Below are positions 10,303 through 18,890 of a DNA stretch of 64,000 bases, piece after piece. Position numbers and translations under genes: made by a program. The notes below the pieces were generated by a model. That model made no database searches. It was not told the origin of the DNA and saw nothing but the letters and a program-made list of their open reading frames with translations. Source of the stretch: an uncultured delta proteobacterium (GTDB lineage: Bacteria > Myxococcota > Myxococcia > Myxococcales > Myxococcaceae); the NCBI GenBank assembly GCA_963776345.1, contig CAVZMH010000022.1:256001-320000 (forward strand), written 5' to 3'. How positions within the stretch are numbered: the first letter of the stretch is position 1; the number at the start of each line of letters is the position of its first letter.

Positions 10303-11487
10303 ATGGCGCCGGACGGACTGGTGGGCCTGGAGATCCTCCCCGGCAACCCGGACTTCCTCGACCTGCCCTGGCACCTGCCGATGGCCCGGTGGCGCGAGGT
10401 CACCACCCGCATCGTCGAGGTGCCGCGCGGCATCTCCCGTCACGAGGTGCTCTTCCTCCAGTACGACCGCACGCTGTACGCGGCCAAGGAGCTCCCGCCG
10501 AAGGTCGGGGAGCGGGAGTACGACGCGCTCCGCTGGCTCGAGCAGCGCGAGCTCCCGGCGGTGCACGCCGCCGGACACGCCCGGGTGCGCCGCGAGGGCG
10601 AGGAGGCGAGCCTGCTCTTCACCCGCTTCCTCGAGAGCTCCATCCCCTTCCGGACGCTGTTCGAGAACGCGAAGCTGGAGCAGTACCGGCCGCGGCTGCT
10701 CGACGCCATCGCCGGGCTGCTGGTGCGGCTGCACCTCGCCGGCTTCTTTTGGGGCGACTGCTCCCTCTCCAACACGCTCTTCAGGCGCGACGCGGGTCAG
10801 CTCCAGGCCTACCTGGTGGACGCCGAGACCGCCGAGATGCACGGCGAGCTCTCCACCGGGCAGCGGCTCCACGACCTCGAGCTCCTGCAAGAGAACGTCG
10901 CCGGGGACCTGCTCGACGTGGCGGCGATGCTCGGTGAGCGCGGGGAGGAGACCCTGGACCGGACGCCGGCCGAGATCCGCTCCCGCTACGAGCAGCTGTG
11001 GAGCGAGGTCACCCGCGAGGAGTGGGTCGCCCCATCGGAGAGCTGGCGCATCCACGAGCGCATCAAGAGCCTCAACGCGCTCGGGTTCACCGTGGGCGAG
11101 GTGAAGCTCGAGGCCACCGGCGACGGCAGCCGCCTGCGGATGCGGGCCATCGTCACCGACCGCGACTACCACCGGGACCTCCTCCACGACCTGACCGGGC
11201 TGAACGCGGAGGACCGCCAGGCCAAGCTGATGGTGCAGGAGATCCAGGAGCTCCGGGCCACGCTGGCGCGCACCGAGAACCGCAGCGTGCCGCTCCAGGT
11301 CGCTGCCTACCGCTGGCTCACCGAGCGCTACCAGCCCACCGTCCGCCGGCTGGCCGGGCGCGGGGACCCGCCCGAGCTCTACTGCGAGCTGCTGGAGAAC
11401 AAGTGGTACCTCTCGGAGCGCGCGGGCCGCGACGTGGGGATGGAGGTGGCGCTGGAGGACTACCTCCGGCGCTTCTCGGCCACGTAG
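10303..11487 (+). CDS. DUF4032 domain-containing kinase-like protein
   Basis: PRGISRH, LHLAGFFWGDCSLSNTLFRRDAG, AYLVDAET and KWYLSERAGRDVG are characteristic of the family. Confidence 0.88.
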   Translation: MAPDGLVGLEILPGNPDFLDLPWHLPMARWREVTTRIVEVPRGISRHEVLFLQYDRTLYAAKELPPKVGEREYDALRWLEQRELPAVHAAGHARVRREGEEASLLFTRFLESSIPFRTLFENAKLEQYRPRLLDAIAGLLVRLHLAGFFWGDCSLSNTLFRRDAGQLQAYLVDAETAEMHGELSTGQRLHDLELLQENVAGDLLDVAAMLGERGEETLDRTPAEIRSRYEQLWSEVTREEWVAPSESWRIHERIKSLNALGFTVGEVKLEATGDGSRLRMRAIVTDRDYHRDLLHDLTGLNAEDRQAKLMVQEIQELRATLARTENRSVPLQVAAYRWLTERYQPTVRRLAGRGDPPELYCELLENKWYLSERAGRDVGMEVALEDYLRRFSAT

Positions 11488-13320
11488 GCCAGCGTGGCCC
11501 GGGCCTGCGCGTCGTCGGGGCGGACGCGGAGCGCCTCGCGGCACTGGGCCTCGGCCTCGTCGAGGCGTCCCAGCCGGGCGAAGGCCTCGGCAAGCCGGAT
11601 GCGCGCCTCGCCGAAGCGGGGCAGGGTCTGCAGCACGCGCTGGTACTCGGGGACCGCGCGGCCCGCGTCGGGCTCGCCGCGTCGAGCGAGGAAGACGTCG
11701 CGGTTGTCGAGCAGGATGGCGTGGTTCCAGTGGAGCCACGGGTCTCCTGGGTCGCGGGCCAGCGCCGCCTGGTAGGCCGCCTCGGTCGCCTCGAACGTCT
11801 CGCGCGCGCCCTCGTCGCGGACGCGCTCCACCTGGGCGAGCTGGAGCGCATGGTCCAGCTGCCCGGCGAAGGGCGGACGGGCGAGGCGGCGGAGGACCTC
11901 CTTGGCGACCAGGTACCGGTTGTAGCCGGTGAGCGCCAGCCGCCCGGCCAGGCGCTGGTGCGAGGGCGGAGCGACGTCGTGCACGCCCGCCGAGGCGGGG
12001 AGCGCGCGCACCACCGCCGGGAACAGCGCCCGGGCCAGCACCTCGTTGCCCTCGGGGGTGAGGTGGGCGTGCTCCCAGAAGAGCTCCGGGCCAGGCACGC
12101 CGTGGGGGCTCGCCGCGGCGAGCGCCCCGCGCCGTCCACCAGCTCGACGCCCGGTCCCGCCGTCTGCGCCACCTCGGCGGTGAGCTGGACCAGGGAGCGT
12201 CGGCGCGGAAGCGGAGCGTGTCCAGGTCGCGCGCCCGGGCCAGCCGCTCCCGCGCCAGCGCGTCGTCTCCGAGCGCGAGCGCGGCCCGTCCGATGCGGTA
12301 TTGCAGCTCCGCGAAGGTCCCGTCGATCGCCTCGGCCTCCCGGTAGGCGGCGAGGGCGTCGGCCGGATGCCCGGCCTGCTCGGCGGCCTCTCCTCGCGCC
12401 ACGGCGGCCTTCCACCGCTCGAGCGCCGGCGCGTCGAGTCCGGGCCGGTGTGCGGAGGCGAAGGGGGCGAAGTCGCGGAGCCGCGTGCCGACGGTGCTCA
12501 CCACCACCCGGGCCCCGCGCTCCCGGAACGCGGCAACGACGTCGGCGAGGTTCCCGCGGAACGCCCGGTACGTCTGTTCCATGGCCGGGTCGTCCGCGCG
12601 CACCTGGTGGTCGAGGAAGAGCTCCATGCCCCGCCACTCGGTGGGCGCGTCCTTCCCCCGTGGCCGGCCGAGCGCGCCGAGGAGCTGCCCCAGGCGGGTG
12701 GTGCCGAGCGCGATGGAGACGCGGATGAGCCCGAGCCCTGGCGTCCCACCGGTGAGCACGGTGCCGGGCCCGTATGGCCCAACCACCTCGTTGTTCCCGG
12801 CGTAGACCACCACCACGTCCGGCGCCTGGCGGGCGAGGTCGCGCGCCATCGGCACCAGCACGTGCGAGTTGATGGCCACCACCCCCGCGTTCACCACCTC
12901 GAACCGGACGCCAGGGGCCGCCTCCTCGAGCATCGCCTCGAGGAAGCGGGAGACGCCGAACGTCGGCTCGGGGTCTCCCTGCGCCGCGGACTCGCCGAGC
13001 ACCACCACCCGGACCGTCCCCGCACCCCTCTCCTCCGGCAGCACGAACGGCGTGGGCTGCCGGGCCAGCCCGGGCGGGAAGAAGCGGAGCGCGAAGTCCG
13101 GGTTGGGACAGGCGGCCGGGCGGCCCTGCGCCTGGCAGGGAACGGTAAAGCCGGCCGGGTGGCCCACGCCGAGCAGTCGCAGGAGCAGCTCGAGCCCGCC
13201 CAGGAGCACCACTGGCGCGAGCACCACGGTGACGGCGCGGAACAGCCGGACCCGTCTCGTGGAGGGAGGCGAGGGAGTCGCGGGGGCCGGCGGCCGGGCT
13301 CGGGTGCGGCGCTTGGCCAT
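11460..13320 (-). CDS. Membrane-anchored SGNH/GDSL hydrolase-like protein with TPR repeats (two apparent single-base deletions, near 12197 and 12127)
   Basis: MAKRR start, TM helix, GESAAQG, NAGV and YAGNNE SGNH blocks, then RARDLDTLRFRAD. Continues through two frame changes to FWEHAHLTPEGN and C-terminal TPRs. Confidence 0.8.
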
Positions 13321-13328
13321 CGGCCTGC

Positions 13329-13487
13329 TCAGAAGAGCGTGTAGATGAAGGGCGCGATGGCGCTGCCCTGGGTCAGGACGATGACCACCCCGAGCAGGAG
13401 CAGCACCACCACCAGCGGCAGGAGCCACCACTTCTTCTGCTCGCCGAGGAACTGGAAGTACTGCCCGAGGATGCGGAGCTTGGACAC
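13329..13487 (-). CDS. DUF5989 / SxtK-like small membrane protein
   Basis: 52 aa from GTG: KKWWLLPLVVVLLLLG...QGSAIAPFIYTLF, the characteristic family motif. Confidence 0.9.
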   Translation of the reverse strand: MSKLRILGQYFQFLGEQKKWWLLPLVVVLLLLGVVIVLTQGSAIAPFIYTLF

Positions 13488-13501
13488 GGGGGTCGGCGAG
13501 C

Positions 13502-13933
13502 CTAGTACATCCGGTCGTAACGGCCGCCGGCTCCGGGCTTTCTCCGGACCCAGTAGGTGGACGCCGTCCGGTCTGGCCCGAGCGCGAGGAAGCGCTTCCC
13601 CGTCAGCCGGGCGACCAGCGCCAGCGGCGTCAGCACCACCGCAAAGACCAGCGTCAGCACCACCCGGGACATCACCCAGCCGATGGCCAGCGCGACGGTC
13701 ATCCACCCGAGGTAGAGCGCGCGCAGCCGGGTCGGGACCAGCGCGCCCGCGAGCAGGAGCAGCGCTCCCACGCCCGCGAGGCCGAGTCGAACCGCCGGCG
13801 CCCGGTGGCGCCAGAGGAGCACCCCGGCGAGGGCGAGGAGCACGCCGCCGATCCCGAACGCGGCCTTGCGGAGCCCGCGCGGCGAGGTGTCCAGCCGCCC
13901 GAGCGCGGTGCGCACGTCCTCAGTCCAGGACAT
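13502..13933 (-). CDS. SxtJ family membrane protein
   Basis: Pattern LRKAAFG...LYLGWM..A..IGWV.SRV.L...F..VLTP...STYW...YDRMY; lies between the carbamoyltransferase and DUF5989. Confidence 0.85.
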   Translation of the reverse strand: MSWTEDVRTALGRLDTSPRGLRKAAFGIGGVLLALAGVLLWRHRAPAVRLGLAGVGALLLLAGALVPTRLRALYLGWMTVALAIGWVMSRVVLTLVFAVVLTPLALVARLTGKRFLALGPDRTASTYWVRRKPGAGGRYDRMY

Positions 13934-15740
13934 GGCGGCGCCTCCAGTCCTCCGACTCCTCGAACGGGGGCTGGGTCTCCTTGCGCAGGAGGAAGGTCCC
14001 CAGCACCAGGACGTCCATCCCGGTGCGCATGAAGCAGGTATACGCGTCGGCCGGCGACTCCACGATGGGCTCGCCGCGGACGTTGAAGGAGGTGTTGACC
14101 AGCACCGGGCAGCCGGTCCGGGTCTCGAAGGCCCTGAGCAGCGCGTGGAAGCGCGGATTGTCGTCCCGGTGCACCGTCTGCAGCCGCGCCGAGTAGTCCA
14201 CGTGGGTGACCGCCGGGATGTCCGAGCGGGCGACGTTCAGCTTGTCGATGCCCCAGAGGCTTTGCTGATGGCCGGACATCGGCCGCTGCCGCGCCTTCCT
14301 CACCTCGGCCACCAGCAGCATGTACGGGCTCTCGCAGTCGATGTCGAACCACTCCGCCGCCTTCTCCGCCAGCACAGCGGGGGCGAAGGGACGGAAGCCC
14401 TCGCGGAACTTGATGGCCAGGTTCATCCGCTTCTGCATGTCCGGGGAGCGCGGGTCGCCGAGGATGGAGCGGTTCCCCAGCGCGCGCGGGCCGAACTCCA
14501 TCCGTCCCTGGAACCAGCCGACCACCTTGCCCTCGGCGAGCAGCCCGGCCACGGCGTCGAGCAGGGCACGCTCCTCGAGCCGGTCGCCGGGCGCGCCCCG
14601 GCGCCGGAGGAGCTCGGCGATCGCCTCGTCGTCGTGGGCCGGGCCGAGGAAGGCGCCGCGCAGCGCGTCCCGCCCCGTCTTCGGCCGGGCCGGCGCGCCG
14701 AGGTGGTGGTGGTGCGCGACGTACGCCGCCCCCAGCGCTCCCCCGGCATCCCCCGCCGCCGGCTGGATCCACAGCCGGTCGAAGATGCCCGCCCGGAGCA
14801 GCTTGCCGTTGGCCACGCAGTTCAGCGCCACGCCGCCGGCGAGGCAGAGGTCGCGCTCGCCGGTCTCCCGCCGGACGTGCCGCGCCATCCGGAGCACGAT
14901 GTCCTCGGTCACCTCCTGGATGGACCGGGCGAGGTCCATCTCCCGCTGGGTCAGCGGCGTCTCCGGCTCGCGCGGTGGGCCGCCGAACAGCCGATCGAAC
15001 GCGGGCGAGGTCATCCGGAGCCCGCCCACGTAGTCGAAGTACTCGAGGTTCATCCGGAACGACCCGTCCTCCCTGAGGTCGAGGAGGTGCTCGCGGATGG
15101 CCGGCACGTACCGGGGCTCGCCGTACGGCGCGAGGCCCATCAGCTTGTACTCGCCCGAGTTCACCTTGAACCCGGCGTGGTAGGTGAAGGCCGAGTAGAG
15201 CAGGCCGAGGGAGTGCGGGAACTGCAGCTCGGCCATCAGCTCCACCCGGTTGCCCTCGCCCACGCCCCAGGACGAGGTGGCCCACTCGCCGACGCCGTCC
15301 ATGGTGAGGAACGCCGCCCGCGAGAACGGCGAGGGGAAGAACGCCGAGGCGGCGTGCGACTCGTGGTGCTCGGAGAAGACGACCGGCCCCCGGTAGCCCA
15401 GGGCGTCGGAGATGAGGTCCGGCACCCAGAGCTTCTCGCCGAGCCACGCGGGGATGGCCTGGACGAAGGCCGGCAACCCGCGCGGGGCGATGGCCAGATG
15501 GGTCTCGAGGATGCGGTCGAACTTGAGGAATGGCTTGTCGTAGAAGGCAACGCAGCCGAGCGCGTCCACGCCGATTCCGGCCTCGCGCAGGCAGGCGCGG
15601 ACCGCGTGCTCGGGGAAGCGGTGGTCGTGCTTCACCCGGGTGAACCGCTCCTCCTGGGCGGCGGCGACGATGTCCCCGTCGCGCAGCAGGCACGCCGCGG
15701 AGTCGTGGTAGTACGCCGAGATTCCGAGGATGGTCGCCAC
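13920..15740 (-). CDS. O-carbamoyltransferase (NodU/CmcH/SxtI family)
   Basis: ILGISAYYHDSAA, QEERFTR, HHESHAASAF, DGVGE, GEYKLMGLAPYG, GGVALNC, GPRALGNRS, NTSFNVRGEP; GTG start at 15740. Confidence 0.95.
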   Translation of the reverse strand: MATILGISAYYHDSAACLLRDGDIVAAAQEERFTRVKHDHRFPEHAVRACLREAGIGVDALGCVAFYDKPFLKFDRILETHLAIAPRGLPAFVQAIPAWLGEKLWVPDLISDALGYRGPVVFSEHHESHAASAFFPSPFSRAAFLTMDGVGEWATSSWGVGEGNRVELMAELQFPHSLGLLYSAFTYHAGFKVNSGEYKLMGLAPYGEPRYVPAIREHLLDLREDGSFRMNLEYFDYVGGLRMTSPAFDRLFGGPPREPETPLTQREMDLARSIQEVTEDIVLRMARHVRRETGERDLCLAGGVALNCVANGKLLRAGIFDRLWIQPAAGDAGGALGAAYVAHHHHLGAPARPKTGRDALRGAFLGPAHDDEAIAELLRRRGAPGDRLEERALLDAVAGLLAEGKVVGWFQGRMEFGPRALGNRSILGDPRSPDMQKRMNLAIKFREGFRPFAPAVLAEKAAEWFDIDCESPYMLLVAEVRKARQRPMSGHQQSLWGIDKLNVARSDIPAVTHVDYSARLQTVHRDDNPRFHALLRAFETRTGCPVLVNTSFNVRGEPIVESPADAYTCFMRTGMDVLVLGTFLLRKETQPPFEESEDWRRRHVLD

Positions 15741-15818
15741 CGGGTGGCCCGGACTGTAGCTCCCCGGGTGCGGCGAGGTTGCGCGGAGGCGCTCCACCCG
15801 GCGGCGAGGTCCGCCGAG

Positions 15819-15903
15819 CTGACCCTGGGGTGGACGCGGGAGGAGCTGCTCAGTCGCCCCTTCCTGGAGCTGGTCCACCCCGACGACCTCGCCACCACCG
15901 AGG
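15819..15903 (+). pseudogene. Isolated PAS-domain gene remnant
   Basis: Reads LTLGWTREELLSRPFLELVHPDDLATT, a PAS core motif, with no plausible start or downstream domain. Confidence 0.55.
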
Positions 15904-16113
15904 AACCGGCGCCGGGCTCCCGTTCAATCCGCGCGAGACGCTTGGCCGGGGCCGCGCCTCTACGACCTTGGTCGTATCGAATCGCGGGGCAGAACACGGT
16001 GGATTCGAGCTCGAGCGCTCACCCCGGAGCAGCTCGCGCCTCGTCTGCAGCGGTCGAGGCAGAGCGGGCGCCCGACGACGAACTTGGAGCGCACAGACAT
16101 CAGGGAGGCTGGG

Positions 16114-17565
16114 ATGGGAACCTCCGCCGTCGTACGCAGGAGAACCTCCACCGTCGCAGGCAAGGCCTCCGGCCGACGACGCCAGGCACTGCTGGAAGGC
16201 TCCGCGGAGGAACAGACGCGGGCGGAGCGCTACGCCGCGGGCAAGGCCCTGAGAGAGACGTGCCCCCGGAGTGCACACGCCGGCTGGAAGCCACCGGCCA
16301 GTCGACCGGACCCGGTGGAGCTCGTCCTGAGCGCGGAGAAGGGACGGATGCCCGAGCTGCTGCCACTCCGTCACGGCCGGATGGTTCGCTCGGCGTTCAC
16401 CTTCTACCGCGGGTCGGCGCTCGCCATGGCGGCCGACCTGGCGTCCACGGCGGTGTCCGGGGTTCGCGTCCAGTGCTGCGGGGACGCGCACCTGTGCAAC
16501 TTCGGTGGATTCGCCACGCCGGAGCGAAGGCTCATCTTCGCCATCAACGACCTCGACGAGACGTTGCCCGCGCCCTGGGAATGGGACGTCAAGCGTCTCG
16601 CCGCGAGCTTCGTCGTCGCGTGCCGGGACAACGGCCTGAGCGAGGGGATCGCGAAGGACGTGGTGCTGCACTGCGTCCGGACGTACCGGGAGTCCATGGC
16701 GGAGTTCAGCGAGATGAAGACGCTGGAGGTCTGGTACCAGTCGATGCGGGCGGACGATCTGATGGCAGGCATCGCGGATCCCGAGATCCGCGACCGGGTG
16801 ATCAAGCGCATCGAGAAGGAGCGCGGGAAGAGCGCCGCCGAGGACCTCTTCCCGAAGCTCGTGGAGCACAAGGGCGAGAAGCCAGTCATCAAGGATCAGC
16901 TCCCGACCATCTTCCACGCCGAGGGCTATCCGCCGGGCGAGATCCAGCAGGTGGTGCACAACGCGCTGGCGGGGTATCGCGCCTCCCTCCCATCGGCGTA
17001 CGGTGCGCTGCTCGACCGGTACGAGCTCCGGGACGCTGCGATCAAGGTGGTGGGGATCGGAAGCGTGGGGACAAACTGCTGGGTCCTGCTCTTCACTGCA
17101 GGAGAGGGCGACCCGCTGTTCCTCCAGGTCAAGGAGGCGCGGACCTCCGTGCTCGAGCCGTACGCCGGCGCGAGCGTCTTCAAGAACCACGGTCAGCGGG
17201 TGGTGGACGGCTACCGGCTCATGCAGCCCGCCAGCGACATGTTCCTCGGGTGGACCGCGGGTCGCAAGCGCGACTTCTTCGTGCGCCAGCTCCGGGACAT
17301 GAAGCTCGGCGCCCGGGTGGAGATCTTTGGCCGCCTCGACATGGAGATCTACGCCGGCTGGTGCGGCCGGGCACTCGCTCTCGCCCACGCGCGCTCCGGT
17401 CCCTCCGCCGTCCTGAGCGGTTACATGGGCAAGAGCGACACCTTCGACCAGGCCATCAAGGCCTTCGCCATCGCCTACGCCGACCAGAACGAGAGCGACC
17501 ACGCCGCGCTCGCGCTCGCGGTCAAGAAGAACAAGGTGGAGGCGGTCTTCGAGGAGGACCGCTGA
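16114..17565 (+). CDS. DUF2252 family protein (kinase-like fold)
   Basis: RHGRM..SAFTFYRGSA, CGDAHLCNFG, INDLDET, PWEWDVKRL, KVVGIGSVG, FLQVKEA, VRQLRDMK; GGAGG ribosome-binding site before ATG 16114. Confidence 0.92.
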   Translation: MGTSAVVRRRTSTVAGKASGRRRQALLEGSAEEQTRAERYAAGKALRETCPRSAHAGWKPPASRPDPVELVLSAEKGRMPELLPLRHGRMVRSAFTFYRGSALAMAADLASTAVSGVRVQCCGDAHLCNFGGFATPERRLIFAINDLDETLPAPWEWDVKRLAASFVVACRDNGLSEGIAKDVVLHCVRTYRESMAEFSEMKTLEVWYQSMRADDLMAGIADPEIRDRVIKRIEKERGKSAAEDLFPKLVEHKGEKPVIKDQLPTIFHAEGYPPGEIQQVVHNALAGYRASLPSAYGALLDRYELRDAAIKVVGIGSVGTNCWVLLFTAGEGDPLFLQVKEARTSVLEPYAGASVFKNHGQRVVDGYRLMQPASDMFLGWTAGRKRDFFVRQLRDMKLGARVEIFGRLDMEIYAGWCGRALALAHARSGPSAVLSGYMGKSDTFDQAIKAFAIAYADQNESDHAALALAVKKNKVEAVFEEDR

Positions 17566-17730
17566 GGCGGGCCGGAAGCAAGGCCTGAGCCGGAGGCGGC
17601 GAAGCCCCGGGGACCCGCCGCGTGCCCGTGCCGGGGTGTGCGATGGCCGAGGCGCGCGTGCCCGCTTCGCCCACTCGCCCCGCGGTGCGCGCAGATCGAG
17701 GAGCCGCTCCTCGCTGTGTATGGTCGTGGC

Positions 17731-18138
17731 ATGAAGCTCCATCTCCTCGTCACCGCAGCGATCCTCGCCGCCACCCCCGCTCGAGCCGGAGACGTCGGCG
17801 TCACCGTCTCCGTTGGCGGCTCGGGCTTCTACGGCCGCATCGAGGTCGGCAACTTCCCCAAGCCGCCGGTGGTCTCTCCGATTCCGGTGGTGATCGAGAG
17901 GGCGCCGGTCACGGCGGAGCGGCCGCCGATCTACCTCCGAGTCCCGCCCGGGCACGCCAAGCACTGGCGCAAGCACTGCCGCGAATACGATGCCTGCGGC
18001 GAGCGGGTCCTGTTCGTCGAGGAGCGCTGGTACAACGAGGTCTATGTTCCGAGCCACCAGACCCTTCAGCAGGTCGTGGCCGAGCACCCCGAGCACGGCC
18101 ACGGCCACGGCCACGGGAAGGGCAAGAGGGAAGACTGA
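17731..18138 (+). CDS. Small secreted protein with Pro-rich segment and His-Gly tail
   Basis: Signal peptide ending ARA; GFYGRIEVG; PIYLRVPPGHAKHWRKHCREYDACGERVLFV; HGHGHGHGKGK tail. Confidence 0.8.
   Translation: MKLHLLVTAAILAATPARAGDVGVTVSVGGSGFYGRIEVGNFPKPPVVSPIPVVIERAPVTAERPPIYLRVPPGHAKHWRKHCREYDACGERVLFVEERWYNEVYVPSHQTLQQVVAEHPEHGHGHGHGKGKRED
18094..18117 (+). repeat. (CACGGC)4-like hexamer repeat encoding (HG)4
   Basis: cacggc cacggc cacggc cacggg. Confidence 0.8.
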
Positions 18139-18212
18139 CGCTCGGGCGCCCCGGGACGGGCGGCGGCGCCGAGACCGGGAGCCCGCGAGTCCGATGCACG
18201 GGTCGTCGTGGA

Positions 18213-18779
18213 TCAGGCCAGCCGCGCTGCGAGCCAGTCCGCCGCAACCTCGACCGCCCGTGACTCCCGGTGGCCGAAGGCGTGTGACGCACCGGCGATG
18301 ACCTCGAGCTCCAGCCTCGGGTTCCTCGCCGCGAGCCGCCTTAGGCTCCGGACGGGTCCGAGCGGATCCGCCGCGCCCTGAACGATCAGCGTCGGGCAGG
18401 TCAGCTGCTCGAGCACGGCCTCGTCCACGGGCCGACGGCGTCCGGCCGCCGTGCGCACGGGGAAGCCCAGCAGCACCAGCGCCCCGGGCGCGGTCTGGAG
18501 CGCGAGCCGCGCGAGCACGCGACCTCCGAAGGAGCGGCCTGCATACGCGGCGATCGCCGGATCCGATCGCGCGAGCGTCCGGGCCTGGCCGACCTCGTGC
18601 TCGAGCCCCGACGAGGGACGGCCGCGTGCCAGCGAGGCGCGGAGCGCGGACAGACCTCGCGCCCGGAGCGCCTGCTCCAGCGCGACGAGGATCGGCTGGT
18701 CGGCGCGACCGCCGAAGCCGGGGAGCATCAGGACCCGCGTCACCAGGTCTACGCTCGCCGTCGGTCTCTCACGAATCAA
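18213..18779 (-). CDS. Small alpha/beta hydrolase (Abhydrolase_11-like)
   Basis: GRSFGGR nucleophile elbow, LGFP, QGAADPLG, GASHAF; start uncertain. Confidence 0.8.
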   Translation of the reverse strand: MIRERPTASVDLVTRVLMLPGFGGRADQPILVALEQALRARGLSALRASLARGRPSSGLEHEVGQARTLARSDPAIAAYAGRSFGGRVLARLALQTAPGALVLLGFPVRTAAGRRRPVDEAVLEQLTCPTLIVQGAADPLGPVRSLRRLAARNPRLELEVIAGASHAFGHRESRAVEVAADWLAARLA

Positions 18780-18890
18780 GCGCCGAGGACTCGCTCACCC
18801 CCCGAGGGGCGGCCCGACGACGGGAAGCCCTGATCGCTCCCGCTTCACCCTGGCTGTGACGCGCACGCCAGGGCCGGTACGCTGCGCCCC

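Noticed and set aside
13329..15740. Saxitoxin biosynthesis cluster
   Set aside because: Only sxtI/J/K-like genes are present. No sxtA, sxtG or other core genes, and this triad is widespread outside toxin producers.
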